A stretch of DNA of 64,000 nucleotides from Nitrospinaceae bacterium (GTDB lineage: Bacteria; Nitrospinota; Nitrospinia; Nitrospinales; VA-1), in the NCBI GenBank assembly GCA_029261655.1, contig JAJDAY010000030.1:186916-250915 (forward strand). The letters are read 5' to 3'. The notes under the pieces were generated by a model, which searched no databases, was not told the DNA's origin, and saw nothing but the letters and a program-made list of their open reading frames with translations. A program made the translations under genes and the position numbers. Of this stretch, positions 1 through 9,819 are shown in pieces. Positions within the stretch are counted from its first letter, which is position 1, and the number at the start of each line of letters is the position of its first letter.

Positions 1-313
1 GGATGTCGATGTTGGAATAGCCCAGGCCGTGGTCGATATTGTAGAGCGAAACGGCAAGATCGAATTTTCTTTGGCGTAAAAGCTTCAGTTGCCGCCAACC
101 GTAACTGAGCACGCCCATCCTGCGGTTTTGGCCGATGGTCAGCACTTCGTCAATCATCGGGTTTTTTGCGGTCACGACAGCAACCGACTTAGGAGCGAGG
201 ACGGTGATTTTAGCCTTGGGAAATTCATGTTTGAGGCCGGTGAGGGTCTGGTTGAGAATCCTGGTGGCGGATCGGATGACCAGAATGTTTTTTACGCTTT
301 TGGATGGTTTCAT
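1..313 (-). CDS. Partial CDS (3' end beyond window edge); N-terminal ~104 aa of an uncharacterised protein with a glycosyltransferase-9-like (heptosyltransferase-type) N-terminal pattern
   Basis: Not in the ORF track because it is open at the edge. Hand translation of the minus strand from ATG 313..311 gives MKPSKSVKNILVIRSATRILNQTLTGLKHEFPKAKITVLAPKS...RKFDLAVSLYNIDHGLGYSNIDI. The ATG overlaps the TGA of the upstream radical SAM gene (ATGA at 310..313). The family call rests only on the ILVIR...LK..FP.A.ITVL pattern. Confidence 0.4.
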   Translation of the reverse strand, partial: MKPSKSVKNILVIRSATRILNQTLTGLKHEFPKAKITVLAPKSVAVVTAKNPMIDEVLTIGQNRRMGVLSYGWRQLKLLRQRKFDLAVSLYNIDHGLGYSNIDI

Positions 314-2094
314 ATATGCGCTCTGCCATGGTCGCCGGGGTTGTCGAGATCAAACACCTTGCCCTCGATATTCACCGCAACCAGTTTCTGGATTCCTATC
401 CGGTTGGCGATGGCTTTGACATCGGCGTAGCCGTTGCCCGAAATATTGTTGTAGGGAATGACCCCCATCGAAAACTTGCGTTTCTGCAAAGTCTGCATCA
501 ATTCAGCGGGGAAGGAGTTGTTCTTGAAATGTCCGTTTTGGTACACCAGCACCTCGTCGACATTTGGGTTTTGCCGCAATTCATCTTTCACCATGGGCTG
601 AGCCAGCGTGGCGATCCGGTTGCGGGCAAATTGATCGCTTAAGGAGCCGACCACGTCGTTGACCTGTTTCATCCGGGAACTGCGGAACACCAGAATATCG
701 TCTGTCGAATCGATGTCAATGGCATTGAAATTATCTTTCGCGGTATGCGAGTAGCGTTTGTTGAACCCGACTTCATAGAGCTTTTCCGCCGCGCGAAAAT
801 TTTTCATGACCTGTTCCGCAGGATAGTCTGGGCGGTCGAGCACGCAAAAATTGCCGCCGTCGAAATGTTTCCAGTCGAGATCGCGAAGATATCCTTTGGC
901 TTTCATGGTGTTGAAAAACGGTGTTCCCGGCTGGGGGGAGCTGATGGAAAGCTGGAACCGCCAAAGCAGGTCGTTTTCCAGAAAATCGTTTATCAGGTCG
1001 AGGGTTTTCTTGTCGCAGTCATCGGTGGAACCCTCGCCGCCAAAAGTAAACGTCCCGTAAAATTTGAGGCCGATATTGGTCCCGTGTTGCATCAACTGCT
1101 TGAGCCTGGGAACATTGAACTTTTTCATCAACTGCATGCCTCGGGCGGCAGGCTCGCCGGCGGTTTCGATGCCCAAACGAACCATGTAATAACCCGCACC
1201 TTTCATCGCGTCCAGCACCTCTTCATCCATCGGCCATTGTCCGCACATGACGTCGTATTTTAAATCGTCGAGGCCGTTTTCACGGATGGCTTTGGTCAAA
1301 TCGAGGATGTATTTTTTGCTCCCGTTGTGCACTTCCTCATCGAAGAAGATGCCTTCCATTTGCGGGTATTTGGCTCTCAAAGTCTGCAGTTCCAGAACGA
1401 CGTTTTCAGGGTTTCTCGGTCTCCAGTTGGGATGGGCGTAGGAAATGTTGCCGCACACGCAAAAGGTGCAGGACAGCGGGCATCCGCGCGACGCGTAAGC
1501 CTGAATTTCGAGGTATTCGCTGGAAGGCTCGCCGGGCATGCCGTAGTCCAGACGGGACACATCGTCATCCTCCGGGAAGGGCAGGTCGTTGACATTAAGC
1601 GGAGAGCGCAGGTTTGTGTCGGGGTACAGCCCCTGGATATCGTTCCGGTCTTTGCCTTGCAGGATATCGCGCACCACCAGCTCGTATTCGCGTAAAACCA
1701 CGTAGTCCGCGTATTGGCTGACTTCCTCTGGAAAGGTCGTGGGATGCGGGCCGCAGAAGATCAGTTTGGTGCCGAAAAGCCGCTTAACTTCCTTGGCGAA
1801 GCGGCTGTCCGCTTCAATGGTGCGCGTGGCGCAATCCATGATGAGATAGTCGGGGCCAAACTCGGAGATTTTATCCACAAACGCCTGATGGTCCAGTTTG
1901 TCCAGGCACCCGTCGAAAAACCGGACTTCATGGTCGGTGTCTCTTTTGAGAATGGAGGAGCAATAGGACAACTGCCAGGGATAATAGGTGAATATGTCCA
2001 AATCCTTCGTGCTGTTGGTCCACCGGCTGGGCGAGTGGATCATGGCGTATCCGTCGGCGTCGATGCCAACAGAATTACATACGGCAACTTTCAT
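310..2094 (-). CDS. B12-binding-domain radical SAM enzyme (class-B-like), substrate unknown
   Basis: Track ORF 310..2136. I prefer the internal ATG at 2094 (MKVAVCNS...). It has a CxxxCxxC motif in YASRGCPLSCTFCVCGN and an N-terminal Rossmann-like B12-binding-type region (KLIFCGPHPTT). Confidence 0.85.
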   Translation of the reverse strand: MKVAVCNSVGIDADGYAMIHSPSRWTNSTKDLDIFTYYPWQLSYCSSILKRDTDHEVRFFDGCLDKLDHQAFVDKISEFGPDYLIMDCATRTIEADSRFAKEVKRLFGTKLIFCGPHPTTFPEEVSQYADYVVLREYELVVRDILQGKDRNDIQGLYPDTNLRSPLNVNDLPFPEDDDVSRLDYGMPGEPSSEYLEIQAYASRGCPLSCTFCVCGNISYAHPNWRPRNPENVVLELQTLRAKYPQMEGIFFDEEVHNGSKKYILDLTKAIRENGLDDLKYDVMCGQWPMDEEVLDAMKGAGYYMVRLGIETAGEPAARGMQLMKKFNVPRLKQLMQHGTNIGLKFYGTFTFGGEGSTDDCDKKTLDLINDFLENDLLWRFQLSISSPQPGTPFFNTMKAKGYLRDLDWKHFDGGNFCVLDRPDYPAEQVMKNFRAAEKLYEVGFNKRYSHTAKDNFNAIDIDSTDDILVFRSSRMKQVNDVVGSLSDQFARNRIATLAQPMVKDELRQNPNVDEVLVYQNGHFKNNSFPAELMQTLQKRKFSMGVIPYNNISGNGYADVKAIANRIGIQKLVAVNIEGKVFDLDNPGDHGRAHI

Positions 2095-2434
2095 CAAAAA
2101 AAATCCTCGGAAAACGGTGGTTTTCGGGTGTGGCAAATATCGAAAATAATTCCTCTGATTACCCTAACGGATATTTTTTATTAAAACTTTAACAAAGTAT
2201 GGAGGTTCTAAACTTGAAGAATGGATTCGATAATTTTGCCTTAAACCTGCAATTTTGTTTGATTTTTTAAGATTGGAAAGGAGGTGACTCATTTTTTGGG
2301 CGGTGCGTTAAGAAACTTTTTTAAAGAAGGGGAGAGAGTTTTGTTTCATCTTGACAACGCATCTGCAACTTGTAAATATACCTGATTGTTTAAAATGAAA
2401 CCGCAGATAATACACGGGGTTAATAGGGAAACGA

Positions 2435-3394
2435 ATGGGTGATTCTGAAAAGACAGAAGAAGCGATTGAGGAGAAAAAATCCGGGTTTTTTTCCCGGTTG
2501 AAATCCGGGCTGGCGAAAACCCGAAATTCCCTGGCGGGCGGACTTGATAATGTGGTGCATGGCCAGGCGAAGGTGGAACCGGAACATCTGGAGGAGCTGG
2601 AAGAAGCCCTGATTCTGGCCGATGCGGGTATTCCGACGACGAATTTCATTCTTGAAGCCTTGAAACAGGAAGTTGCCAAGGGCCGTATCCGCAATAAAGA
2701 GGACGTTCTTGAAAATTTGAAGCGATTGATGGCGGATATCCTGAGCGAAAACCGGGGCGAAGCTCAGAAGGTAGCGGAAAAACCTCACATTGTTCTGGTC
2801 ATTGGGGTGAATGGGTCCGGCAAGACCACCACCATCGGCAAGTTGACGCAAAAATGGAAGAACGAGGGTAAAAATGTCATTTTAGGAGCGGGCGATACCT
2901 TTCGCGCCGCGGCCATTGAGCAAATGTTGATCTGGTCCGAGCGGGTGGGCGTTCCCTGCATCCATCAAAAAAGCGGGGCGGACCCCTCCGCAGTCGCGTT
3001 TGATACGGTGCAGGCCGCGATCACACGGGAAATGGATGTGGCGCTCATCGACACCGCGGGACGGTTGCAGACCAACACCAATTTGATGGAGGAGTTGAAA
3101 AAAGTCAAACGGGTGATCGGTAAAGTGCTTCCCGGCGCTCCTCACGAAACGCTTTTGGTGCTGGACGCCACCATAGGTCAAAACAGCGTGTCCCAGGCTA
3201 AACTGTTTCACGAAGCGATGGAAATCGACGGCCTGGTCATGACCAAACTGGATGGAACCAGTAAGGGCGGGGTTTTGTTGAATATCACCCGCGAATTAAA
3301 ATTGCCGGTGCGCTACATAGGCATCGGCGAAAAAGCCGATGATTTGCAGGAATTCGACCCCCACACTTTTGTAGAAGCGCTTTTCGCCTCCTGA
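2435..3394 (+). CDS. ftsY: Signal recognition particle receptor FtsY
   Basis: SRP-GTPase motifs GVNGSGKTTTIGKL, DTAGRLQ and TKLDGTSKGG. At 319 aa it has a short acidic N-terminus. Confidence 0.95.
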   Translation: MGDSEKTEEAIEEKKSGFFSRLKSGLAKTRNSLAGGLDNVVHGQAKVEPEHLEELEEALILADAGIPTTNFILEALKQEVAKGRIRNKEDVLENLKRLMADILSENRGEAQKVAEKPHIVLVIGVNGSGKTTTIGKLTQKWKNEGKNVILGAGDTFRAAAIEQMLIWSERVGVPCIHQKSGADPSAVAFDTVQAAITREMDVALIDTAGRLQTNTNLMEELKKVKRVIGKVLPGAPHETLLVLDATIGQNSVSQAKLFHEAMEIDGLVMTKLDGTSKGGVLLNITRELKLPVRYIGIGEKADDLQEFDPHTFVEALFAS

Positions 3395-3608
3395 TTCTGA
3401 TTTGTAATAACTCGGCCAGCTTGAATCTGACGGACTGTGTCAGATCTCGAAGGACTGTTTACGACTCAAAGCGGACATACACTTCTACTTTCTTGTTCAT
3501 AAGAACCACCTATTTAAGGAAAATTTAACAGAAAATATCCCTTAGACTTTTACTTCAAATGCTCCACTTTAAGCTGACATCAAACAGTGTATTATCCTTG
3601 ATTTTTCT

Positions 3609-4517
3609 TCAAGGCCCTCTTCGATCTATGGGGATAACCATTTCTTTCTCACAATGAGGGCAAGCAATAGGTCGACTTCTCTTTTTTTGAATCTCTTCAA
3701 TAAATCCATAAGCAATGATCCCTGCAGGCAAGCTAAAAGTCCCCAGGCCGAGAATCGCGACAAATCCCCCAAATAGTTTTCCAATAGCGGTGACCGGATA
3801 TATGTCTCCATAACCCACCGTGGTCATGGTTGCTACTCCCCACCACATGGCGGCGGGAATACTCGAAAAAGCGTCTGGTTGTTTCTCGTTTTCTAGGAAG
3901 TAAATGAACCCGGACGCAAAAACAAGTAAAATCATCGTGACTGCAAATGTGACCACTAGTTCCTCTTTCTTTTGCCTCACCACCGTGCCAATGAGATTAA
4001 GGGAGGAGGAATACCTTGTGAGCTTGAATAAAGTGAAAATCCGAAGGAGACGCAGTATACGGAGAATTCTCAGGTCCATTTGAAAAAACAGGGGTAAATA
4101 AAACGGCACCAAAACAATTAAATCTATCAGAACCAAGGGGGTCAAGGCATACCGCAGTCTACCGGATACCGGTTTTTCAAATTTTTTATTTTCAGTACAT
4201 GTCCAAAGACGGGCTATATACTCAACAGAAAAGAATACCACCGAAAATAGAGAAAACATTTGAAAAAAACCAGAATAAGCGATCCCTATGCTTTCAACGG
4301 ATTCCAGAATAACGGCCAGTACATTTAGAACAACCAACAGCATTAATAAAATATCGAAGGCCTTGCTAGACAGGTCTCTTTCAAAAGCCGGTTCTAGGAT
4401 CTGATGGACTTTTCCCTTTCGGGTTTGCCCTTCCACTTCTTCCTCTTGAAGGTAAGGGAATTCCATTTCTTCATGGAGCTTTTCAAAATTGTTGGCTGAT
4501 TCCCGCATTGACCCCAA
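3609..4517 (-). CDS. Voltage-gated potassium channel (6-TM, Kv/KvAP-like ion transport protein)
   Basis: S4-like arginine repeat LRILRILRLLRIFTLFKLTR, K+ selectivity filter TTVGYGD, and a short C-terminal CPHC tail. Confidence 0.85.
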   Translation of the reverse strand: MGSMRESANNFEKLHEEMEFPYLQEEEVEGQTRKGKVHQILEPAFERDLSSKAFDILLMLLVVLNVLAVILESVESIGIAYSGFFQMFSLFSVVFFSVEYIARLWTCTENKKFEKPVSGRLRYALTPLVLIDLIVLVPFYLPLFFQMDLRILRILRLLRIFTLFKLTRYSSSLNLIGTVVRQKKEELVVTFAVTMILLVFASGFIYFLENEKQPDAFSSIPAAMWWGVATMTTVGYGDIYPVTAIGKLFGGFVAILGLGTFSLPAGIIAYGFIEEIQKKRSRPIACPHCEKEMVIPIDRRGP

Positions 4518-4994
4518 CTCTCAGGAAAGGTTTGCTCTCAGTTGACCACTCTTTTTATGGGAGAATTAAATTATATCATTGAAAACAATTAGTTACAAGA
4601 TGTCCGTCCGACCAAGACCCTTCCATCCCGGTGTTTAGTTCTGTAAAATCGAGAGTAATTTGTAGTTAACAATGTTTCCCGCCAGCTAAAAGTGGAACAT
4701 TTTGGGTAAAAACCTGCAAGATACGTTCTGTTAAACTTTCCCCAACCGAATGTCCGGATTCGACCCAAAGCAGACATTCGAATGATGAATAAAATGGACT
4801 TACTTGGAATATGTCAGCTGGCTTCTCACCCAAACATATCTCTAGTCAACTTCCAACTCTGCTCCACGTTCGTTTGACGACTTACCGTGAGCTTATATTA
4901 GTGGCGGGAGACGGGTTATAAATTCGGAATTATAGGGGCCTGTTGAGGAAATAGAAGAAAGAAAAACCAATAAAGAGTTTTTTTCCAATTGGAG

Positions 4995-5831
4995 CTATTT
5001 TTTATTAACTCTTCTCAGAAAGTTAACCCTTTTAATAGCCCCTTTGCTAGAGGTGCCACTGGCTGAGGATGTTTTCGAGGATTTTAGCTGGGCTAGGGAA
5101 GAAATTAAAATATGATCAATTTTTTCATCCAATTCCAACCCATTCTCAACTTGTTTCACCATTTTCACTAACTCTTCAGTCAAAATACTTTCTTCACGGG
5201 TTGTTGTTTCCAGATCACTTTCCAACCTTCCAACTTCATTAAGAAGTATATTTTCATCGCCCTCAAGAGCTTCCTTTTTCTCCAAAACCCTGGCTCTTTT
5301 AGGCTTTAGTTCGTTACAGGATTCTTCAAGCTCGTTTCTTACATTTTCAATTGATCTTAGTTTCTCTTCTAAATTATCAAACTCCTGGTTTAAACTTTCA
5401 AGATAACTTTCCTTGCGGATTCTAAATATTTCCAAGATATCTATATTATCATCATTATCAGATATAGCTTTGGTATCAGCAGTTCTTTCTGATTCCGGGC
5501 TTTCACCCCCGATTCCTGTTAACAGACGTTCATATTGAGCCACATGAGCACTCTCTTCACCCTTTAAATGTTGAAGGTCCAATCTGATTTTTTCGCTGTT
5601 GTTATCAACTATTTTATAATATCGGTCGCAAACTTTCTGTTTTCTCTGATTCTCCTTTAGTCTTTTTGTCAGCCCTTGAAGATCAGAATCCAGGGATTTT
5701 ATATTAATTTCCTTATGGTTCAGGACCTTATTAAATGTGCGCATTACTCGATTAAATTCACGGGCAACGATCAAACCATTTTCCCTGGGGGTGATAACTC
5801 CTTCCTTTGGTTTGGAATTTTTTCGATTCAT
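4995..5831 (-). CDS. Hypothetical coiled-coil protein (278 aa, E/K/L-rich heptad-like sequence)
   Basis: Long uninterrupted ORF in a very A+T-rich stretch. The composition is typical of coiled coils (LEEKLRSIENVRNELEESCNELK...). I recognise no catalytic motif. Confidence 0.6.
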   Translation of the reverse strand: MNRKNSKPKEGVITPRENGLIVAREFNRVMRTFNKVLNHKEINIKSLDSDLQGLTKRLKENQRKQKVCDRYYKIVDNNSEKIRLDLQHLKGEESAHVAQYERLLTGIGGESPESERTADTKAISDNDDNIDILEIFRIRKESYLESLNQEFDNLEEKLRSIENVRNELEESCNELKPKRARVLEKKEALEGDENILLNEVGRLESDLETTTREESILTEELVKMVKQVENGLELDEKIDHILISSLAQLKSSKTSSASGTSSKGAIKRVNFLRRVNKK

Positions 5832-6266
5832 AGGTTTAAATGATTCTGTGTAATTTGATGCGACGCGGAGTATTTATAAAGGAATCGTAAGCTCTAAAAA
5901 TTAGGTTGTCAAATCTGGCATGCCGATATGGGCAATAAATAATTGATATAAAAGGGATTCACTTCCCCAATTTCAATTCCCCAGGCGCTCTATTTGGCCC
6001 CTAAGATTAATTTAAAATTTCAAAATAGAGTGAGCTCATTGAACCCAAATGTTAGGAATTGGCCTGGGAGAAACGAGTTGGATAGAGATAAAAAGGGGTC
6101 GGTTTACGAAAGTCCGCTTTTAGCCGAAAGCGGTTGTTCAGGACCCTAAAACGTCTGATAGGGTCTGTCTGAATGGATGTCGACGAATATACCTGAATGC
6201 TTGAAGACTATGATCCTCTGCGGCAAGCGGTTTGCCATTTTTGCCCAGTGACCACATGCCTCCCCT

Positions 6267-6761
6267 TTAAGACGTATACCACCCTTTCCTCAGCCGGATC
6301 AGCTCAAATTGTTGTTTCAGGATATACACATGAATCATTTCTTTTTTCCAGTCATCCAATCCCGCTGAAAACTGCAAATGCAGGACCCTTGCGTCCGGGC
6401 ATCCGTTGGTTTCTATGGCAATCAGACAGGCGGAAGTTTTCACAATCAGGGGCTCGTCAAAAGGAAGCACAAAGGCGATGGTCAGCAATTGATTTTTGAA
6501 AAAAGGCACCGAGGGAGTTATCCTGCCGCACAAGCCGCCGGCGCTCAGGTTCAAAACGCCAAGGTCGATGTTGGAGCCGTTTTTCGAAAGGAGCGTGGCA
6601 TCAAGGGCGGGCAGATGTTCCATGTCGAGCCGATAGAATTCTCTTTGTTCCTGGCGGTTCCGAGTTTTTTTCCGGGTTGGTTTTTTGGGGAAAATGTTAC
6701 TTGCCCAGTTATCAACAGGAGGTTCTTCTTTACAAGCAGGGACGGCTAGTTTTCCGAACAT
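6267..6761 (-). CDS. PilZ-domain (c-di-GMP-binding) protein
   Basis: RxxxR motif (QREFYRLD) followed ~25 aa later by the (D/N)xSxxG motif (LNLSAGG). Confidence 0.7.
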   Translation of the reverse strand: MFGKLAVPACKEEPPVDNWASNIFPKKPTRKKTRNRQEQREFYRLDMEHLPALDATLLSKNGSNIDLGVLNLSAGGLCGRITPSVPFFKNQLLTIAFVLPFDEPLIVKTSACLIAIETNGCPDARVLHLQFSAGLDDWKKEMIHVYILKQQFELIRLRKGWYTS

Positions 6762-7062
6762 AGTTTGCCTCGAGGTGATGACACAGGCTTTCAGCCGGTG
6801 CCTTATGTTGAGATAAGTGATTGATAGTTATGCCTTGTTATCGGAACTTCAAAAATTTTACTTTAGCCCAAATTGACAAGGGAGCATTAAAAAGGGGTGG
6901 TTTCCTGAGCAAAAAGGGTGACAAGGCGTCAGGGGGCGGAACCTGAAATCCCTTGATATTTGGCGTATTATTGTTCTAACGCATCCGGGAAGGCGACTAA
7001 AATGAGGATGGCCGGACAGAAATATTCCGCCAGGCAAAAAAGTGCAGAGGCAGGGGGTTTTT

Positions 7063-7431
7063 TCAGAACATGGCCTGATCAATTCGGTTCAGCAGGTTGG
7101 AGAAATCCGGGGGTTTGCGAAAATAATCGTAGACTCCAAGCGCACGTGCCTCATGGGCGACGGTGGACTCTTCTTCGAGAACGGAAAGCATGATAACGCG
7201 GATGCCGGGATGATTGGCTCGAAGCCATATCAGGAAATCCAAACCACTCACTTCGGGTAAAACATAATCGACCAAAGCCAGTTTCGGATTTTTCCGCGCC
7301 GTCAGCGCCATGGCCTGGTGGCCGTTGCTGGCCGTACAAACGCTGTAACCACGGGTTTTCAGCAACCGGGTTAAAATGCTTTGCGAGGCGGGGTCGTCTT
7401 CAACGATCAGGATATTTTTTTTGGGTTTCAT
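7063..7431 (-). CDS. Stand-alone CheY-like response regulator receiver protein
   Basis: KKNILIVEDDPASQ, phospho-acceptor region LALVDYVLPEVSG, and IMLSV...A...GV.DYF.KP. I moved the start to ATG 7431 (MKPKKNIL) from the track start at 7515. Confidence 0.85.
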   Translation of the reverse strand: MKPKKNILIVEDDPASQSILTRLLKTRGYSVCTASNGHQAMALTARKNPKLALVDYVLPEVSGLDFLIWLRANHPGIRVIMLSVLEEESTVAHEARALGVYDYFRKPPDFSNLLNRIDQAMF

Positions 7432-7869
7432 GTCGAAATCCTTAAAGCACGATGACTGTAAAAACAGGGGAAAAATTTCGGAGTTTCCTGAGGGGAAACC
7501 CGTTTCACCGGTCAAATTTGTTCTTTAGTTTTAACAGGTTAACTAATGCCAGGGGGAAGCGCAAACCCATTCTCCGGGGCCGTGAAAAAAGAAATTTAAA
7601 ACCACTGAAAAACCGCTTGCAGTGAAAACCACCGGATAAAAAAATATTAAAGGCGCAATATTTTTTTTGAAAAATTTCGTTATTTTCACTTTCTCCGGTA
7701 TTTTTTTCCTGATTCAGGGTAATTTATTGTAAGCAAACTCAGGTCAACCGCGACTGACCGTCATGTATAAAACAGGTGGCTGTAAGCCGCCTGTAGGGTG
7801 AATCAATTTTTTGGGCGCCTGAAAAAATTCTACCGGACTATAAAGGTTCCTCTTATAAGGAGAGTCGAA

Positions 7870-9006
7870 ATGACCAGAAGCTATATTTCATTATTGATCG
7901 TGATCAGTTTTATTTTACTGGCATTGACGGGCCTTGGCGCATCCACCAAGAAAGAGAACGTCGATTCCGATGCCGGGCAAGTTGTCGCGGGAGAACAGGG
8001 AGTCGCCACCTTTGCGGGCGGGTGCTTCTGGTGCATGGAGCCGCCGTTTGAAAAATTACCCGGCGTTCAAAAAGTCATTTCAGGCTTTACCGGTGGACAC
8101 AAGAAAAACCCGACTTATGAAGATGTCGTGCGGGGTTCGACCGGCCATGTCGAGGCCGTAGAAATCCATTTTGACCCGATGAAAATTTCTTATCAGGATC
8201 TGTTGCAGGTTTTCTGGCGTAACGTGGACCCGACCGATGGCGGAGGACAGTTCGTTGACCGGGGAGATTCCTACGTTACGGGAATTTTTGTTCATGATGA
8301 AAAACAGAAAAAACTGGCCTGGGAATCAAAACAAAAACTTGATGAAAGTAAACGCTATAACAGAAAAATCGTGACCCCGGTCATTCAGGCAAAGGAATTT
8401 TATCCCGCTGAAGATTATCATCAGGATTATTACAAGAAAAATCCCGTTCGTTATAAGTACTATCGCTATCGATCGGGACGGGATGAATTCATCGAAAAAA
8501 CCTGGGGAAAAGAAAGGAACTTCAAACCAATGACCATATCCATGAAAGACAATGATGGAAAGTTTTCCAAACCCTCGGATGACGAGTTGAAAAAAAGTTT
8601 GACCGACCTGCAATATAAAGTCACACAAAAAGACGGCACCGAGCCTGCGTTTGACAACGAATTCTGGGATAACAAAAAACAGGGGATCTATGTTGACGTG
8701 GTTTCAGGGGAAGCTTTGTTCAGCTCCCTGGATAAGTTTAAATCCGGAACCGGCTGGCCGTCTTTCACCCGGCCTTTGGTCAATGAGAATATCGAGACCA
8801 AAACCGATACCAGTTTCTTCATGAAAAGAACGGAAGTGAGGTCAAAAACGGCGGATTCTCATCTCGGTCATTTGTTTGAAGACGGTCCCCAGCCCACGGG
8901 ATTGAGGTATTGCATCAACTCCGCGTCTTTAAGGTTCATCCCTTTGGAAGATCTGAAAAAAGAGGGTTATGAGGCGTATATTCCGTTGTTCGGTAAAAGC
9001 AGTTGA
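7870..9006 (+). CDS. msrAB: Bifunctional peptide-methionine (S)/(R)-S-oxide reductase MsrA/MsrB with N-terminal membrane anchor/signal
   Basis: MsrA active site GGCFWCME, and MsrB motifs GTGWPSF and RYCINS. ATG 7870 is preceded by AAGGAG, whereas the track start at 7798 is a GTG. Confidence 0.9.
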   Translation: MTRSYISLLIVISFILLALTGLGASTKKENVDSDAGQVVAGEQGVATFAGGCFWCMEPPFEKLPGVQKVISGFTGGHKKNPTYEDVVRGSTGHVEAVEIHFDPMKISYQDLLQVFWRNVDPTDGGGQFVDRGDSYVTGIFVHDEKQKKLAWESKQKLDESKRYNRKIVTPVIQAKEFYPAEDYHQDYYKKNPVRYKYYRYRSGRDEFIEKTWGKERNFKPMTISMKDNDGKFSKPSDDELKKSLTDLQYKVTQKDGTEPAFDNEFWDNKKQGIYVDVVSGEALFSSLDKFKSGTGWPSFTRPLVNENIETKTDTSFFMKRTEVRSKTADSHLGHLFEDGPQPTGLRYCINSASLRFIPLEDLKKEGYEAYIPLFGKSS

Positions 9007-9036
9007 GGGGTTTCTTAAGCTATTAACAAAGGGTGA

Positions 9037-9750
9037 ATGGGAAAAGCCATGAAGAATATAAAAAAAATACTTATTCTATTAGTAATAACGGGGGGTATTT
9101 GGGCATTTTTCCAATTCGACCTTGGGCAATACCTGACCCTCGATTACCTGAAAGCTCAGCAGGCCCAGTTTCAAAATTTTTATAAAGAAAACACCCTGCT
9201 GGCCATCGCCGCCTACACCGGGGTTTATATCACGGCGACCGCTCTTTCTCTGCCGGGGGCGGCACTGCTCACTTTGTTGGGCGGGGCGCTGTTCGGGCTT
9301 TTAATCGGGACGATTTTGGTTTCCTTTGCCAGCACCATTGGAGCGACCCTTGCTTTCCTGGTTTCGCGCTCTCTGCTTCGTGATTGGGTGCAAAACAAGT
9401 TTGGCAGTTTTCTCAAAACGATCAATGAGGGCATTGAAAAAGATGGCGCCTTTTATCTTTTTACTCTGCGATTGATCCCCGCGGTTCCCTTCTTTGTCAT
9501 CAATCTCGTGATGGGGCTGACCCCCATGAAGGCGGTTCAGTTTTTTCTGGTGAGCCAGGTAGGCATGCTGGCGGGAACCATTGTGTTTGTCAATGCCGGA
9601 ACTCAACTCGCGCAAATCGAATCCTTGAAAGGAATCCTTTCCCCCGGACTTATTTTTTCATTTGTTCTGCTGGGAATATTCCCTCTTTTGGCTAAAAAGC
9701 TCGTGGGTTTTATCAAAAGCAGGAAGGAATTGAAAAGCGGGACGCTCTGA
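9037..9750 (+). CDS. TVP38/TMEM64 (DedA/SNARE-associated-like) family membrane protein
   Basis: Multi-TM protein with the LPGAALLTLLGGALFG...ATLAFLVSR...F.LRLIP..PF pattern typical of the family. Confidence 0.8.
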   Translation: MGKAMKNIKKILILLVITGGIWAFFQFDLGQYLTLDYLKAQQAQFQNFYKENTLLAIAAYTGVYITATALSLPGAALLTLLGGALFGLLIGTILVSFASTIGATLAFLVSRSLLRDWVQNKFGSFLKTINEGIEKDGAFYLFTLRLIPAVPFFVINLVMGLTPMKAVQFFLVSQVGMLAGTIVFVNAGTQLAQIESLKGILSPGLIFSFVLLGIFPLLAKKLVGFIKSRKELKSGTL

Positions 9751-9819
9751 CTTCAGACACCGTTCGGATAAATTTCAGAATCACTCAAAACCTTGGGTCC
9801 CGGAAGATAAGGGCGACCG

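Noticed and set aside
89-642. Three overlapping plus-strand ORFs (89..430, 135..419, 304..642) at the left edge
   Set aside because: They lie opposite the radical SAM gene and the edge-truncated minus-strand gene, both of which have better coding features and an ATGA coupling.
4589-4777. 62-aa ORF in the 477-bp gap between the K+ channel and coiled-coil genes
   Set aside because: It has no SD, an odd composition (R/T/F/W-rich) and no motif. It is probably non-coding A+T-rich spacer.
6095-6140. The sequence ...cgaaagtccgcttttagccgaaagcgg..., which briefly resembles the RNase P RNA GAAAGUCC core
   Set aside because: Only the hexamer-level resemblance is present. The surrounding conserved RNase P helices are absent, and the sequence folds as a simple 7-bp hairpin ~130 nt downstream of the PilZ gene.
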